Positions 5,768 through 15,383 of a stretch of 21,284 nt of DNA are shown in pieces (position 1 is the first letter of the stretch; every line of letters begins with the position of its first letter). The notes beneath the pieces were generated by a model, which worked only from the letters and a program-made list of their open reading frames with translations, was not told where the DNA came from and searched no databases. Origin of the DNA: a candidate division WOR-3 bacterium (GTDB lineage: Bacteria > Hydrothermota > Tepidihabitantia > B3-TA06). A program made the translations under genes and the position numbers. The DNA is taken from assembly GCA_965649265.1 (NCBI GenBank), contig CBFGKC010000025.1:1-21284 (forward strand). Reading direction: 5' to 3'.

Positions 5768-6108
5768 ACTTTCTCCACCGGCGCGTTTTGAGGGTCTACC
5801 TTCACGATGGTGGGAATCAGCTGCTCACCGGGTTGCAGATAGGCAACAGCCATGACTATCAGGCGGTCACCGCGCTCGCCGAGACGGGCGGTGGCTCCAT
5901 TGAGCGAGCATACCCCCCCGGGGGCATCTATCAGATAGGTCTCGAACCTTTCACCGTTCTCCAGATTGACCACGAGCACCATTTGCCCTGGTTGGAGCCC
6001 GGCTTTTCTGATTAACGCCGTGCTGAGCGCCAGACTTCCTTCGTACTCAAGGTTCTTGTCAGTTACCTTGACCGGAAAAATCTTGGCTTGCAGGAAAGGT
6101 CTATACAC
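5764..6108 (-). CDS. panD: Aspartate 1-decarboxylase (pyruvoyl-dependent)
   Basis: K9, YEG24-S25 cleavage site, NG.R54F.T57Y58 and LNGA.AR motifs align without gaps to E. coli numbering through Y58; GTG start abuts the rplQ stop. Confidence 0.88.
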   Translation of the reverse strand: MYRPFLQAKIFPVKVTDKNLEYEGSLALSTALIRKAGLQPGQMVLVVNLENGERFETYLIDAPGGVCSLNGATARLGERGDRLIVMAVAYLQPGEQLIPTIVKVDPQNAPVEKV

Positions 6109-6660
6109 CTATTCCGACTCTGTTTTTGAAGAAGCTTCCTTTTTTGTCTCTTTCGGTTGTTTTGAGGTCGGTTTTTTTGCCGGCGCCTTTTTGGGTTTCT
6201 CTTCCTGTTTCTCTTTTTCTTTCGCCGTTTTGGCTTGAGCCTTGGGTTTCGCTTTGGGCTTTGCTTTTTCTTGAGTCCTGGATTTCTTTTCGGCCTTCTT
6301 TTCTGTCTTGACGGTCATCTCAAGAATCGCCATTTCGGCTCCGTCCCCCTGACGCGTACCCAACCGAAAGATTCTCGTAAAGCCGCTCTTGCGATCCTCA
6401 AAACGCGGGCGCACCTCGTCAAAAAGACGTTTGACGAGGCTGTGATTTCCCAGGTAAGAGTAGGCAAAACGCCTCGACGCGAGATCATTGCGCTGGCTGC
6501 GGCTGATGATCCTTTCAGCAAGACGCTGAGCGACTTTGGCCTTAGCTAAAGTTGTAGTGATTCGTTCACTTATAACCAGCGAACGCACAAGCGAGTGAAC
6601 CAGCGCTTGACGATGAGCGGCCGGACGTCTAAGTTTGGAAATATCTTTTCTATGTCTCAT
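6109..6660 (-). CDS. rplQ: 50S ribosomal protein L17 with Lys-rich C-terminal extension
   Basis: MRHRK...KL.R...HRQAL, ERITTTLAKAK, RKSGFTRI, RQGDGAEMA; start reassigned to ATG 6660. Confidence 0.97.
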   Translation of the reverse strand: MRHRKDISKLRRPAAHRQALVHSLVRSLVISERITTTLAKAKVAQRLAERIISRSQRNDLASRRFAYSYLGNHSLVKRLFDEVRPRFEDRKSGFTRIFRLGTRQGDGAEMAILEMTVKTEKKAEKKSRTQEKAKPKAKPKAQAKTAKEKEKQEEKPKKAPAKKPTSKQPKETKKEASSKTESE

Positions 6661-7684
6661 CTTCCGTATCCTCTGTATCGTTTTCAATGGAGTCATCATC
6701 TTCGGCATCAGATGTGCCTTCGCCAAGCTCAACACCCATCTCCTGCAGGCGAGAGCGAAGCGATGCAAACGAGCGCGGCTTGATGTCTCCCCATGTCATA
6801 ATTTCATCTTCCGAAAGCTTTAAGAGATCGGAAACAGTGTAAACCCGGTGATCGGACAATGCCTTCTTTACAGTCTGCGGAACATCAAGGGATTCTATGG
6901 TCACTTTCATCCACGGTGAATCACTGGCCGAGGAATCACCGCTTGAGTCCGCCGATTTGGGCTCGGACAAGCTTGAAAGAGCTTCAACGTGATCACGCAA
7001 AAGTTCAGCGGTCTGCGCCAGGGCTTCATCGGGCCTTATGCTGCCATCGGTCTGCACTTCAAAAACGACCTGTTCGTAGTCGGTTCGTTCGCCGTAGCGC
7101 ACGTTGGTCACATCCAGCTTCACCTGACGAACGGGCGAATAAAACGCATCGAGAAAAATGGTACCTGAAGATTCTCCGGGAGAACGTTTCTTGACGGATT
7201 CCTGTGTTTCGTATCCTCTTCCCCTTTCTACCTTTATCTCAATATGCACGCTTTTATCCTGAACGGTCACACTAAGAAGAGGAGTGTCCGGATTGACAAG
7301 AACCAGATTCGGCGGAAGTTCAAGGTCCTTGCCCTTGTATTCGCCGGGCTTGTCCACGTGAAGGTAAGCGCTCTGGGGACCCTCCCCTTCGAGCTTGAAC
7401 CTTAGCTTCTTCACGTTGAGAACGACAAGCGGTACGTCTTCAAGAACACCGTCAATCGTCGAGAACTCGTGAATGACTCCGTTTATCCGGAGTTGAGTGG
7501 GAGCCGCGCCTTCGACAGAGGAAAGCATCGATCTGCGAAGGACGGTGCCCATTGTCCAGCCCCATCCTCTGCTGAGTGGGCTAAGAGTGAATCTCCCGAA
7601 TGTCTCGGTTAATGTTTCGCGGTCCACATGTACCGCATCGGGTATTTTTATAAAACGACGACGCTCAGCCACAAAGCCCTCCAT
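6650..7684 (-). CDS. rpoA: DNA-directed RNA polymerase subunit alpha
   Basis: FTLSPLSRGWG.TMG..LRR.MLSS, HEFSTIDGVLEDV, RGRGYE, DAFYSPV, RTDYE, TDGSI.P..AL; lies between rpsD and rplQ. Confidence 0.97.
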   Translation of the reverse strand: MEGFVAERRRFIKIPDAVHVDRETLTETFGRFTLSPLSRGWGWTMGTVLRRSMLSSVEGAAPTQLRINGVIHEFSTIDGVLEDVPLVVLNVKKLRFKLEGEGPQSAYLHVDKPGEYKGKDLELPPNLVLVNPDTPLLSVTVQDKSVHIEIKVERGRGYETQESVKKRSPGESSGTIFLDAFYSPVRQVKLDVTNVRYGERTDYEQVVFEVQTDGSIRPDEALAQTAELLRDHVEALSSLSEPKSADSSGDSSASDSPWMKVTIESLDVPQTVKKALSDHRVYTVSDLLKLSEDEIMTWGDIKPRSFASLRSRLQEMGVELGEGTSDAEDDDSIENDTEDTEDET

Positions 7685-8298
7685 TACTTGGAGTAAAGCT
7701 CTACTACAAGCTGCGTGTTAACAGGTATCTCCGCCACGTCTTCCGCCGCGGGCAGACGGGTTATGCGAAGCTTCTTTGATGCGCCTTCAAGCACTATCCA
7801 TGGAACCAGTCTTGTGACATCGGCTTGCTCCGCGCTCTCCTTGGCCACTGCCGAATCAGGGTTGTTCAAACCTATCAGATCACCGGTCTGGACGAAGTAA
7901 GACGGTATGTCTACCTTTTTCCCGCCGACCGATATGTGACCGTGGCGAACAAGCTGTCTTGCCTGAGGCCTGCTTTGCGCCCAACCGATTCTGTAGACGA
8001 CATTATCCAGCCTGCGTTCAAGAAGCAAAAGAAGTTCTATCGCGGGGTTTCCGCGCTTATCCGCGAGCTCGAAAAAGCGGCGAAACTGTCCCTCAAGCAT
8101 TCCGTACATGAGACGCAGCTTTTGTTTTTCCTTTAGCTGTTGCGCATAGGCGGAAGTGCGACGCACGAAACGCGAACGCTCCTTGGCCCCGCGGCGTGAA
8201 AGCGCGCATTTCTCGCTAAGGCAGCGCTCCCCCTTGAGGAAGAGCTTTTCACCCTCGCGACGGCATTTCTTACAGGAAGGCGATAAGTCTCTGGCCAT
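7684..8298 (-). CDS. rpsD: 30S ribosomal protein S4 (Zn-binding type)
   Basis: MARDLSPSCKKCRREGEKLFLKGERC...KC, LKEKQKLR, LERRLDNVVYR, QARQLVRHGH, LVVELYSK; start ATG 8298 with AGGAG SD. Confidence 0.98.
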   Translation of the reverse strand: MARDLSPSCKKCRREGEKLFLKGERCLSEKCALSRRGAKERSRFVRRTSAYAQQLKEKQKLRLMYGMLEGQFRRFFELADKRGNPAIELLLLLERRLDNVVYRIGWAQSRPQARQLVRHGHISVGGKKVDIPSYFVQTGDLIGLNNPDSAVAKESAEQADVTRLVPWIVLEGASKKLRITRLPAAEDVAEIPVNTQLVVELYSK

Positions 8299-8306
8299 AT
8301 TGTCTC

Positions 8307-8690
8307 CTATACCCTGCGCTGCTTGGGAGGACGGCAACCGTTGTGCGGTATCGGGGTCGTGTCTACAATCTGCGTTATCTGCAAGCCGGCATTCTGAAGC
8401 GAACGAATAGCCGCTTCACGTCCTGGTCCAGGGCCTTTAACTATTACGTCTACCTTCTTTAATCCCTGAGAGGCGGCTTCACGCGCCGCCGCTTCGGTAG
8501 CCTGCTGAGCCGCGAAAGGTGTTCCCTTTTTGGCTCCCTTGAATCCGGTGCGGCCGCCAGAAGCCCATATGAGTACGTTACCTTCGCGGTCCGTAATGGC
8601 GACGATGGTATTGTTGAAAGTCGCGTGAATCTTTACGTACCCCATATCAGGGAATTTTTTCTTCTTGCGATAGACTTTCTTTCTAGCCAA
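8307..8690 (-). CDS. rpsK: 30S ribosomal protein S11
   Basis: [51 protein letters not shown]; TTG start. Confidence 0.98.
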   Translation of the reverse strand: MARKKVYRKKKKFPDMGYVKIHATFNNTIVAITDREGNVLIWASGGRTGFKGAKKGTPFAAQQATEAAAREAASQGLKKVDVIVKGPGPGREAAIRSLQNAGLQITQIVDTTPIPHNGCRPPKQRRV

Positions 8691-8698
8691 CTATCCTC

Positions 8699-9079
8699 CT
8701 AGACATTCTTCTTTAGCTTTAGTTTGCCGCTTGTCTTTTTAGGCCCCTTGCGGGTACGAGCATTGGTGCGTGTGCGCTGGCCGCGAACCGGCAGTCCCAT
8801 CTTGTGACGGGTGCCCCTGTAGGCGTTGATTTCGATGAGTCGCTTGATGTTGGCGGCCACTTCCGCCCGAAGCACTCCTTCTACTCTGTGATTCTGCTCG
8901 ATCTCCTGTCTTATAAGGGCCAATTCATTCTCATCGAGATCCTTGACTTTCTTTGTGGGATCAATCCCGGTCCTTGCAAGGATCTCTCTCGATTTCACAA
9001 GTCCTATACCGTAGATATCCGGCAAGGCGTACTGTATTGACTTGCGAGGAATTAACTCTACACCTGCTATTCGTGCCAA
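8699..9079 (-). CDS. rpsM: 30S ribosomal protein S13
   Basis: [35 protein letters not shown]; TTG start. Confidence 0.98.
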   Translation of the reverse strand: MARIAGVELIPRKSIQYALPDIYGIGLVKSREILARTGIDPTKKVKDLDENELALIRQEIEQNHRVEGVLRAEVAANIKRLIEINAYRGTRHKMGLPVRGQRTRTNARTRKGPKKTSGKLKLKKNV

Positions 9080-9087
9080 AAGTACTC

Positions 9088-9204
9088 CTAACCCTGTCTC
9101 TGCTTGTGTTTAGGGTTGCGCTTGCAGACAATAAGCACCCTGCCGTGGCGCTTGATTATCTTGCAGTGTTCGCAACGCTTTTTAATAGACGCTTTAACCT
9201 TCAT
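9088..9204 (-). CDS. rpmJ: 50S ribosomal protein L36 (Zn-binding type, 38 aa; absent from ORF track)
   Basis: Manual translation [38 protein letters not shown]; AAGGAG SD. Confidence 0.98.
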   Translation of the reverse strand: MKVKASIKKRCEHCKIIKRHGRVLIVCKRNPKHKQRQG

Positions 9205-9229
9205 AAGGTTATACTCCTTCTCATAAAAA

Positions 9230-9448
9230 TTACTTGAATCTATAAACAATCCGGCCTCGGGTCAAATCGTAGGGTGAAAGTTCCACGAGTACCCTGTCGC
9301 CTGGAAGAATTTTGATGTAGTTCATTCGCATCTTGCCCGACAAATGTGCAAGAACCTTGAAACCGTTGTCTAATTCTACACGAAATGTAGCATTTGGCAA
9401 CGCCTCGGCCACAGATCCTTCGGTCTGTATCAAATCTCTCTTAGACAT
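9230..9448 (-). CDS. infA: Translation initiation factor IF-1
   Basis: [56 protein letters not shown]. Confidence 0.99.
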   Translation of the reverse strand: MSKRDLIQTEGSVAEALPNATFRVELDNGFKVLAHLSGKMRMNYIKILPGDRVLVELSPYDLTRGRIVYRFK

Positions 9449-10196
9449 AACTCGTCAAAACCTCCGGATCGGAATGCGTTACCGCAATTGTGTGTTCAAA
9501 GTGGGCGGATACTTTCCCGTCCGCCGTCACAACCGTCCAGTTGTCCTCCATAACCCTGACTTTTCCCGTGCCCATATTAAGCATCGGCTCGATGGCAAGA
9601 GTCATACCCGGCTCAAGCAGCGGCCCCACGCCGGCGTTACCGAAGTTGGGTACGTTGGGCTCTTCGTGAAGGGCAAGACCGGTGCCGTGTCCGAAGTAGT
9701 CCTTGACGATTCCGAAACCTGCGGACTTGGCCGTTTTTTCTATGGCATGACTGATGTCGCCCACACGATTACCCTTTCTTGCCTCCTCTATACCCTTCTC
9801 CAGAGCCTCAAGCGTGACGTCGATGAGTTTTTTTGTCTCATCGCTGACTCTTCCGACAGGAAAGCTTCGGGACGCGTCGGCTATGAATCCACTCTTTTCG
9901 ACACCGACGTCTATCTTTACGAGATCACCATCCTTGATCGCCCGACTGCCCGGAATACCGTGAATTACTTCCTCGTTGATGCTTATGCAAGAGGCGGCAG
10001 GAAATCCGCGATACCCTTTAAAAATCGGCTTTCCGCCGCTTGACAGTATGTATTCTTCAATGGCCCTGTCAATCTGGGCCGTCGTTTTTCCGGGAGCCAG
10101 TTCCAGTTCTGCAACCTTAAGAGCACCTGCGAGAATTTTACCGGCCTCTCTTATGCCTTCTATTTCGAGTGCCGATTTAATGACTATGCCTGACAA
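9441..10196 (-). CDS. map: Methionine aminopeptidase type I
   Basis: [58 protein letters not shown]; TTG start. Confidence 0.98.
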   Translation of the reverse strand: MSGIVIKSALEIEGIREAGKILAGALKVAELELAPGKTTAQIDRAIEEYILSSGGKPIFKGYRGFPAASCISINEEVIHGIPGSRAIKDGDLVKIDVGVEKSGFIADASRSFPVGRVSDETKKLIDVTLEALEKGIEEARKGNRVGDISHAIEKTAKSAGFGIVKDYFGHGTGLALHEEPNVPNFGNAGVGPLLEPGMTLAIEPMLNMGTGKVRVMEDNWTVVTADGKVSAHFEHTIAVTHSDPEVLTSYV

Positions 10197-10816
10197 AGCT
10201 TACCTCTCACTTCTCGGGATACTTCGTCTATGGATCTGTCCGCGTCAATCTTAATCAATTTCTTTCCGAAAAACTCGACAAGAGGCTCGGTCTCCTTGCA
10301 GAAAATCCTGTATCTATTAGTAATCACTTCCCTGGCATCATCCTTGCGAATCGTAAGAGGGGTACCGCAGTCATCACACACATCTTCTTTTACGGGAGGC
10401 GTCGTTTGAAGATTGTAGATGCGACCGCACTGCGTGCAAACCCTGCGGGCCCCGAGGCGCTTGACGATGGATTCCTCAGGGGCGTCGAGGTATACAACCT
10501 CCAGACTGTCGTTTTCACCGAGCATATCCTGGAGAACCCTTGCCTGTGCCGTCGTTCTCGGAAACCCGTCGAACAATATGCCCTCGGGGTGTTTTTTGTG
10601 ATACTCTTTGACGAGGGCAATTACCGTCTCATCGTCAACCAGTTTCCCCGCTTCCACGGTCTCCTTTATCTTGTTTCCGAGTTCGCTCTTTTCTGCAATA
10701 GCCTTGCGGAAGATGTCCCCGGTAACAAAGACACTGACCCCCGAACACGCTGCGACATCTCTGGCCAACGTGCCCTTCCCGGCACCTGGGGGACCAAGCA
10801 GCACAATAATCCTCAA
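10184..10816 (-). CDS. adk: Adenylate kinase with Zn-binding LID
   Basis: GPPGAGKGT, TGDIFR, DGFPRT..QA, RRVCTQCG...CDDCG...RKDD; TTG start overlapping the secY stop. Confidence 0.98.
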   Translation of the reverse strand: MRIIVLLGPPGAGKGTLARDVAACSGVSVFVTGDIFRKAIAEKSELGNKIKETVEAGKLVDDETVIALVKEYHKKHPEGILFDGFPRTTAQARVLQDMLGENDSLEVVYLDAPEESIVKRLGARRVCTQCGRIYNLQTTPPVKEDVCDDCGTPLTIRKDDAREVITNRYRIFCKETEPLVEFFGKKLIKIDADRSIDEVSREVRGKLCQA

Positions 10817-12135
10817 CGACGTCCTCTGATCTTCGTACCCTTAAGAAGACCTTCGTAAGAGCGCATGAGAAGATGGGATTCGATCTGTTGAATCGTATCG
10901 AGAGCTACGCCGACGATGATGAGGTAAGTCGTCCCTCCGAGATAAAAAGGAACGCCCAGCCCTTGCATTATCCATGTAGGTAAGAGTGCAATCAAAGCGA
11001 GGAATATTGCCCCCGGAAGGGTTATCTTGGACAGCACGCCGTTAATGTATTCGGCGGTATTTTTGCCCGGACGAATACCCGGGATGAAACCACCCATTCG
11101 CTTCATGTTGTTGGCAAGATCGAGAGGGTTGAAGACCATGGAGGTGTAGAAGTAAGAGAAGAAAATGATGAGGAGACCGTATACGACATCGTGTATGACC
11201 GTGCCCGAACCGAACCACATTGTTATTCCCTGACTCAGATTCGCGTTTCCGGTGAATTGGATAATAGTCAGCGGTATGGCGATGATGCTCTGCGCAAAGA
11301 TTATGGGAATGACGCCTGCGGTCGTCAGCCTTAAGGGTATATAAGTGGACTGTCCGCCGTATATCCTTCTGCCCACGACTCTTTTCGGATACTGCACCGG
11401 GATTTTGCGAACGGCCTGCGTCATAAGAACCATCGCTGCGAACACGAAGACTATTATCGCCAGAAGGACAACCAGCACGAACCACGACTTGGCTCCGGAC
11501 GTGACGAGTTTGAGTGTGCTTCCGATGCTCTGCGGAATATTATCAAGACAGCCGATGAAAATGAGAAAACTTATTCCGTTGCCGATGCCCTTTTCGGTAA
11601 TCAACTCGCCTATCCACATTAGGAATATGGTTCCTGTAGTGAGCGTGACTATCGTTAGAAGCCTTAACAGGAAACCGCCGTACGAAATGATGGAAATTAC
11701 CTGACCGTTGTCGAGCTGTACCGGACCAAGACCTTGCAGATAAGCGGAGATGCCGACTGCATTGAGAATGGCAAGAATAACAGCGAAGTAGCGGGTGTAT
11801 TGATTGATCTTGCGGCGTCCTTCTTCATCCTGCTGCATCTTCTGGATCTTAGGGAAAACCGATCCCAGAAGCTGGAACATGATGGATGCGGATATGTAAG
11901 GCATTACACCTAACGCAAATACGGAGGCACGGGAGAGGCCTCCACCCACGAACAGGTCGTAGAGGCCGAAAACCGTTCCCTGCATTTGCTTGAACAAAGA
12001 ACCCATGGCCAGAGGATTGATACCAGGTGTAGGAATATGGGTACCCAGACGATAGATTATAACCATCAAAAGGGTAAAAAGGATCTTCTTCCGCAGGTCA
12101 GGGATCTTGAAGATGTTTCCTACACCCTGCATCAT
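10813..12135 (-). CDS. secY: Preprotein translocase subunit SecY
   Basis: YRLG.HIP.PGI, SVFALGVMPYISASI, GIGNGIS, RKIPVQY, GVIPIIFA, GFIPGIRPG, GGT..LI.VGVALDT. Confidence 0.99.
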   Translation of the reverse strand: MMQGVGNIFKIPDLRKKILFTLLMVIIYRLGTHIPTPGINPLAMGSLFKQMQGTVFGLYDLFVGGGLSRASVFALGVMPYISASIMFQLLGSVFPKIQKMQQDEEGRRKINQYTRYFAVILAILNAVGISAYLQGLGPVQLDNGQVISIISYGGFLLRLLTIVTLTTGTIFLMWIGELITEKGIGNGISFLIFIGCLDNIPQSIGSTLKLVTSGAKSWFVLVVLLAIIVFVFAAMVLMTQAVRKIPVQYPKRVVGRRIYGGQSTYIPLRLTTAGVIPIIFAQSIIAIPLTIIQFTGNANLSQGITMWFGSGTVIHDVVYGLLIIFFSYFYTSMVFNPLDLANNMKRMGGFIPGIRPGKNTAEYINGVLSKITLPGAIFLALIALLPTWIMQGLGVPFYLGGTTYLIIVGVALDTIQQIESHLLMRSYEGLLKGTKIRGRR

Positions 12136-12608
12136 ACCTGCACCTCAAGCTTTCCACCGGCTTTTTCGACTATCTCTTTGGCCTTGGCGGATGCGGCGTT
12201 AACGGTGAAATTGAGAGGTTTCTTTAGCTCACCGGCGGCGAGAAGCTTTAGCGGACGATCCGCATGGCGAATGAGTCCCTTTTGTGCAAGGTTCTCCGCG
12301 TTAACGGGCACGGACGCGTCCCACAAAGCAAGTCTCGTAAAATTTATCACCTGATAGCGGCGTTTCGCGGCACCCTTGGGATTATGCATGTGATTTATTT
12401 TCTTACCCTTTTGCATTCCACGCTTGGGTATCCGCCTGACGAGGGGCATCTGACCGCCCTCGAACTTCGGACCGTGTTCCTTGCCGGAGCGCTGACCTGC
12501 TCCTTTGTTTCCACGGCCCGACGTGCCGCCCGAACCGGAGGCTGTTCCACGGCCCACCCTCTTGGCGCGCTTGCGAGCCCCGGGGTGTCTTCTTATGTAC
12601 TCAGCCAT
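12132..12608 (-). CDS. rplO: 50S ribosomal protein L15
   Basis: KRVGRG..SG.GGTSGRG.KG..QRSG, FEGGQMPL.RRIPKRG, IVEKAGG. Confidence 0.97.
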   Translation of the reverse strand: MAEYIRRHPGARKRAKRVGRGTASGSGGTSGRGNKGAGQRSGKEHGPKFEGGQMPLVRRIPKRGMQKGKKINHMHNPKGAAKRRYQVINFTRLALWDASVPVNAENLAQKGLIRHADRPLKLLAAGELKKPLNFTVNAASAKAKEIVEKAGGKLEVQV

Positions 12609-12810
12609 TTTGAACCTCCTCCACGCGCACCAGGTGAACCACCTTGGCGATCATGCCGCGTATAACGGGATTGTTCTCGTGAATGCGGCTGGCACCGCGG
12701 CGTCTCAACCCAAGCGCACGCGCCGTTTTCTTGTGAACCGGCTTCGAATCGATAAGACTGCCCACAAGTGTAACTTTGATTTTTCCGACTTCTTTATTTT
12801 TCGCTGGCAT
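12601..12810 (-). CDS. rpmD: 50S ribosomal protein L30
   Basis: KIKVTLVGSLI......KTARALGLRR......NNPVIRGMIAKV.HLV.VEE; start reassigned to ATG 12810. Confidence 0.95.
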   Translation of the reverse strand: MPAKNKEVGKIKVTLVGSLIDSKPVHKKTARALGLRRRGASRIHENNPVIRGMIAKVVHLVRVEEVQNG

Positions 12811-13321
12811 CCTTACGCTCCATGAAATAGGAAATGGGTTTATTGCGCAAACGAGCGATCTCGTCAAGGTTGCGCAGCTTCTTGAGTGCATGAATGGTAG
12901 CCATCGCCAGATTGTATGGCGTGTGGGAACCGAGAGATTTGGTAAGGGCATCCTTGATGCCGCAGGCCTCTAGCACGGCACGCACTGGCAGTGTAGCTAT
13001 GAGTCCCGTTCCTGGTGACGCCGGCTTAATAATGACCTTTGATGCCGAGAAACGTGCTTCGGTTGCGTGAGCGATAGTACGAGATGCAGGAACCTTGTAA
13101 AGCAATTTACGGGCGTGTTCACGACCCTTGGATACGGCCATCGCGACTTCGTTAGCCTTGCCGTGGCCTACCCCGACATGCCCGGCCGAGTCACCTACAA
13201 CTACTGTTGCGGAAAGTTTGAATCGTTTTCCGCCCTTGACTACCTTGGTCACTCGTTTAATCTCGATAACTTGATCGAGCAGTTCTTCTTGCATATCTGA
13301 CAGTGAATGTTTTTCAAACAT
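12794..13321 (-). CDS. rpsE: 30S ribosomal protein S5
   Basis: [14 protein letters not shown]...[30 protein letters not shown]; likely start ATG 13321. Confidence 0.97.
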   Translation of the reverse strand: MFEKHSLSDMQEELLDQVIEIKRVTKVVKGGKRFKLSATVVVGDSAGHVGVGHGKANEVAMAVSKGREHARKLLYKVPASRTIAHATEARFSASKVIIKPASPGTGLIATLPVRAVLEACGIKDALTKSLGSHTPYNLAMATIHALKKLRNLDEIARLRNKPISYFMERKDASEK

Positions 13322-13322
13322 A

Positions 13323-13685
13323 CTAGAACTCCAGTCCTTCCTCGCGGGCTGCATCTGCAAGGGCCTTTACGCGACCATGATAGCGGTAACCCGCTCTGTC
13401 AAAAACTATCCTTGATATTCCGCGATCCTTGAGGTTCTTGGCAAGAAGCTTACCTACTGCCCGCGCATCGGATTTCTTATCGCCTTCTACTTTCATATCC
13501 TTGAATGACGGGGAGAGGGACGAAAAGCCAGCAAGTACCTTGTTTGTATCGTCGTTTACAACCTGAGCGTATATGTGACGATTGGATCTGAAAATCACAA
13601 CGCGAGGACGTTCCTCAGTACCTTTTACGCTGTGGCGAATGTGTAGATGACGCTTTTTGCGACCAAATTGCTTAACCCTTTTCAT
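13323..13685 (-). CDS. rplR: 50S ribosomal protein L18
   Basis: GT.ERPR..IFRSNRHIYAQV, VFDRAGYRYHGRVKALADAAREEGLEF. Confidence 0.98.
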   Translation of the reverse strand: MKRVKQFGRKKRHLHIRHSVKGTEERPRVVIFRSNRHIYAQVVNDDTNKVLAGFSSLSPSFKDMKVEGDKKSDARAVGKLLAKNLKDRGISRIVFDRAGYRYHGRVKALADAAREEGLEF

Positions 13686-14254
13686 TATTCGGCTCCTGCT
13701 GCACGTTTGCCAAGCTTACGACGCACAAACTCGTTCTTGTATCTAAGCCCTTTTCCTTTGTATGAGTCGGGCGGGCGCAGACGTCTGATGTGTGCGGCAA
13801 CCTGTCCGACGAGCTGTCTGTCAATTCCTTTTACTGTGATATCGGCAATCCAGTCCTTGTCATCACGAATCTTCGGTTCAAATATCTCGGCGTCTATACC
13901 TTTGGGAAGCGCGTAGATAACCGGATGAGAAAAGCCAAGGGTAAGAGTCAGATTAGATCCTTCCTTTTGGACCTTGAAACCGGTTCCTCTAAGGGTAATG
14001 ACCTTGCTGAATCCTTCGGTTACGCCTGTAATGGCGTTGCGAACCAGCGCCACGGCAAGTCCAAGCATGGCCTTGTTCTCCGGCTGAACAGTGTAAGACA
14101 GCTTAACATCCTGGCCTTCGGCCTTGATTCCGATACCGGGCAAGAAAATAACGTTTACCGATCCCTTTGGACCTTTAAAAACGTAACCATCCTCGGCGTT
14201 CGCAAGACTGACGCCTGACGGTAGAGGTATGGGTTTAAGTGATGCCCTGGCCAT
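13685..14254 (-). CDS. rplF: 50S ribosomal protein L6
   Basis: KGPKG, N.ITGVTEGF, LGFSHP, GIDRQLVGQVAA.IR..RPP..YKGKG.RY; start ATG 14254. Confidence 0.97.
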   Translation of the reverse strand: MARASLKPIPLPSGVSLANAEDGYVFKGPKGSVNVIFLPGIGIKAEGQDVKLSYTVQPENKAMLGLAVALVRNAITGVTEGFSKVITLRGTGFKVQKEGSNLTLTLGFSHPVIYALPKGIDAEIFEPKIRDDKDWIADITVKGIDRQLVGQVAAHIRRLRPPDSYKGKGLRYKNEFVRRKLGKRAAGAE

Positions 14255-14643
14255 TACCACACCTCGCAAATGACTTCGCCGCCGATACCAAGATTGCGAG
14301 CCTGGCGATCCGTCATTACACCCTGTGAGGTGGATATGATGGCTGTTCCCAAACCGTTGCGCACCTTGGGAATGTCTGAGGCCTTGCGGTAAACCCTGCG
14401 TGATTGTTTCGATATCTTGTGGATATTCGCAATAACGCTCTCACCCTGGGCGGAATACTTAAGTTGGATGAGGATTTCGGCCGGCCACTCCTTTTCCAGT
14501 ACCTGAAAGTTACTTATGTAACCTTCTTCAAGAAGTATGCGGGAAATCTCTTGCTTGAACTTTGAAGCTGGCATTTTCACTTCTTTTTTGTGCGCAAGTA
14601 TTGCGTTGCGAACCGCTGCAATGTAATCGCTTATTACGTCCAT
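14254..14643 (-). CDS. rpsH: 30S ribosomal protein S8
   Basis: D.ISD....RNA, PASK.K.EI..IL..EGYI, V.NGLG.AIISTSQGVMTD..AR...IGGEVIC.VW; start ATG 14643. Confidence 0.97.
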   Translation of the reverse strand: MDVISDYIAAVRNAILAHKKEVKMPASKFKQEISRILLEEGYISNFQVLEKEWPAEILIQLKYSAQGESVIANIHKISKQSRRVYRKASDIPKVRNGLGTAIISTSQGVMTDRQARNLGIGGEVICEVW

Positions 14644-14653
14644 TAAAGACTCC

Positions 14654-14839
14654 TTACCAGCTTGCTTTCTTAACGCCTGGGATCTCGCCGCGCAGGGCCA
14701 GTTCGCGAAAACATACCCTGCACAATCCGAATTTGCGGTAAAAAGCTCGCGGTCTTCCACAGCGTTGACAGCGGTTATATCGACGGACGCGAAACTTAGG
14801 TTCGCTCCTCTGCTTATGGATCAAAGCCAGTCGTGCCAC
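14654..14839 (-). CDS. rpsN: 30S ribosomal protein S14, short Zn-binding (type Z) form, 61 aa
   Basis: [48 protein letters not shown]; GTG start 14839. Confidence 0.98.
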   Translation of the reverse strand: MARLALIHKQRSEPKFRVRRYNRCQRCGRPRAFYRKFGLCRVCFRELALRGEIPGVKKASW

Positions 14840-14840
14840 T

Positions 14841-15383
14841 TTACTCCTTTCGGAAGGGCATGCCCAGATAACCGAGCAACGCCCTGGTTTCATCGTCGTG
14901 TTTGGCGGTAGTCACGATTGTGATATCCATACCAAATACCTTTTTTACTTTATCGCGTTCTATCTCGGGAAATATGAGTTGCTCACGCAAACCAAGGGTG
15001 TAGGAACCACGACCGTCGAAGGAGTCCGTAGGAAAACCCCTGAAATCGCGGATCTGCGGAGCCGAAAAATTGAAAAACCTCTCCAGGAAATGATAAGCGC
15101 GCTCGCCTCTCAACGTGACTCTTGCTCCGACTACCATTCCCTTGCGAAGCCTGAAGTTGGAGATGGCTTTTTTGGCCTTAGTGATGACAGGTTTCTGGCC
15201 GGTTATCTTTGCAAGGTCGTCCACGATAGGATCGATAAGCTTGGAATCCTGGGATGCTTCACCGGCTCCAACATGAACAACCACTTTTTTAATCCTGGGC
15301 ACCTGCATGATGTTGGCGTATCCGAATTCCTTCTGCAGGGTAGGAATTATCTTTTCGCGGTAGAGATCATGAAGTACGCTCAT
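14841..15383 (-). CDS. rplE: 50S ribosomal protein L5
   Basis: [62 protein letters not shown]; start ATG 15383. Confidence 0.98.
   Translation of the reverse strand: MSVLHDLYREKIIPTLQKEFGYANIMQVPRIKKVVVHVGAGEASQDSKLIDPIVDDLAKITGQKPVITKAKKAISNFRLRKGMVVGARVTLRGERAYHFLERFFNFSAPQIRDFRGFPTDSFDGRGSYTLGLREQLIFPEIERDKVKKVFGMDITIVTTAKHDDETRALLGYLGMPFRKE

Noticed and set aside
9333-10043. 236-aa plus-strand ORF
   Set aside because: Antisense shadow of map/infA
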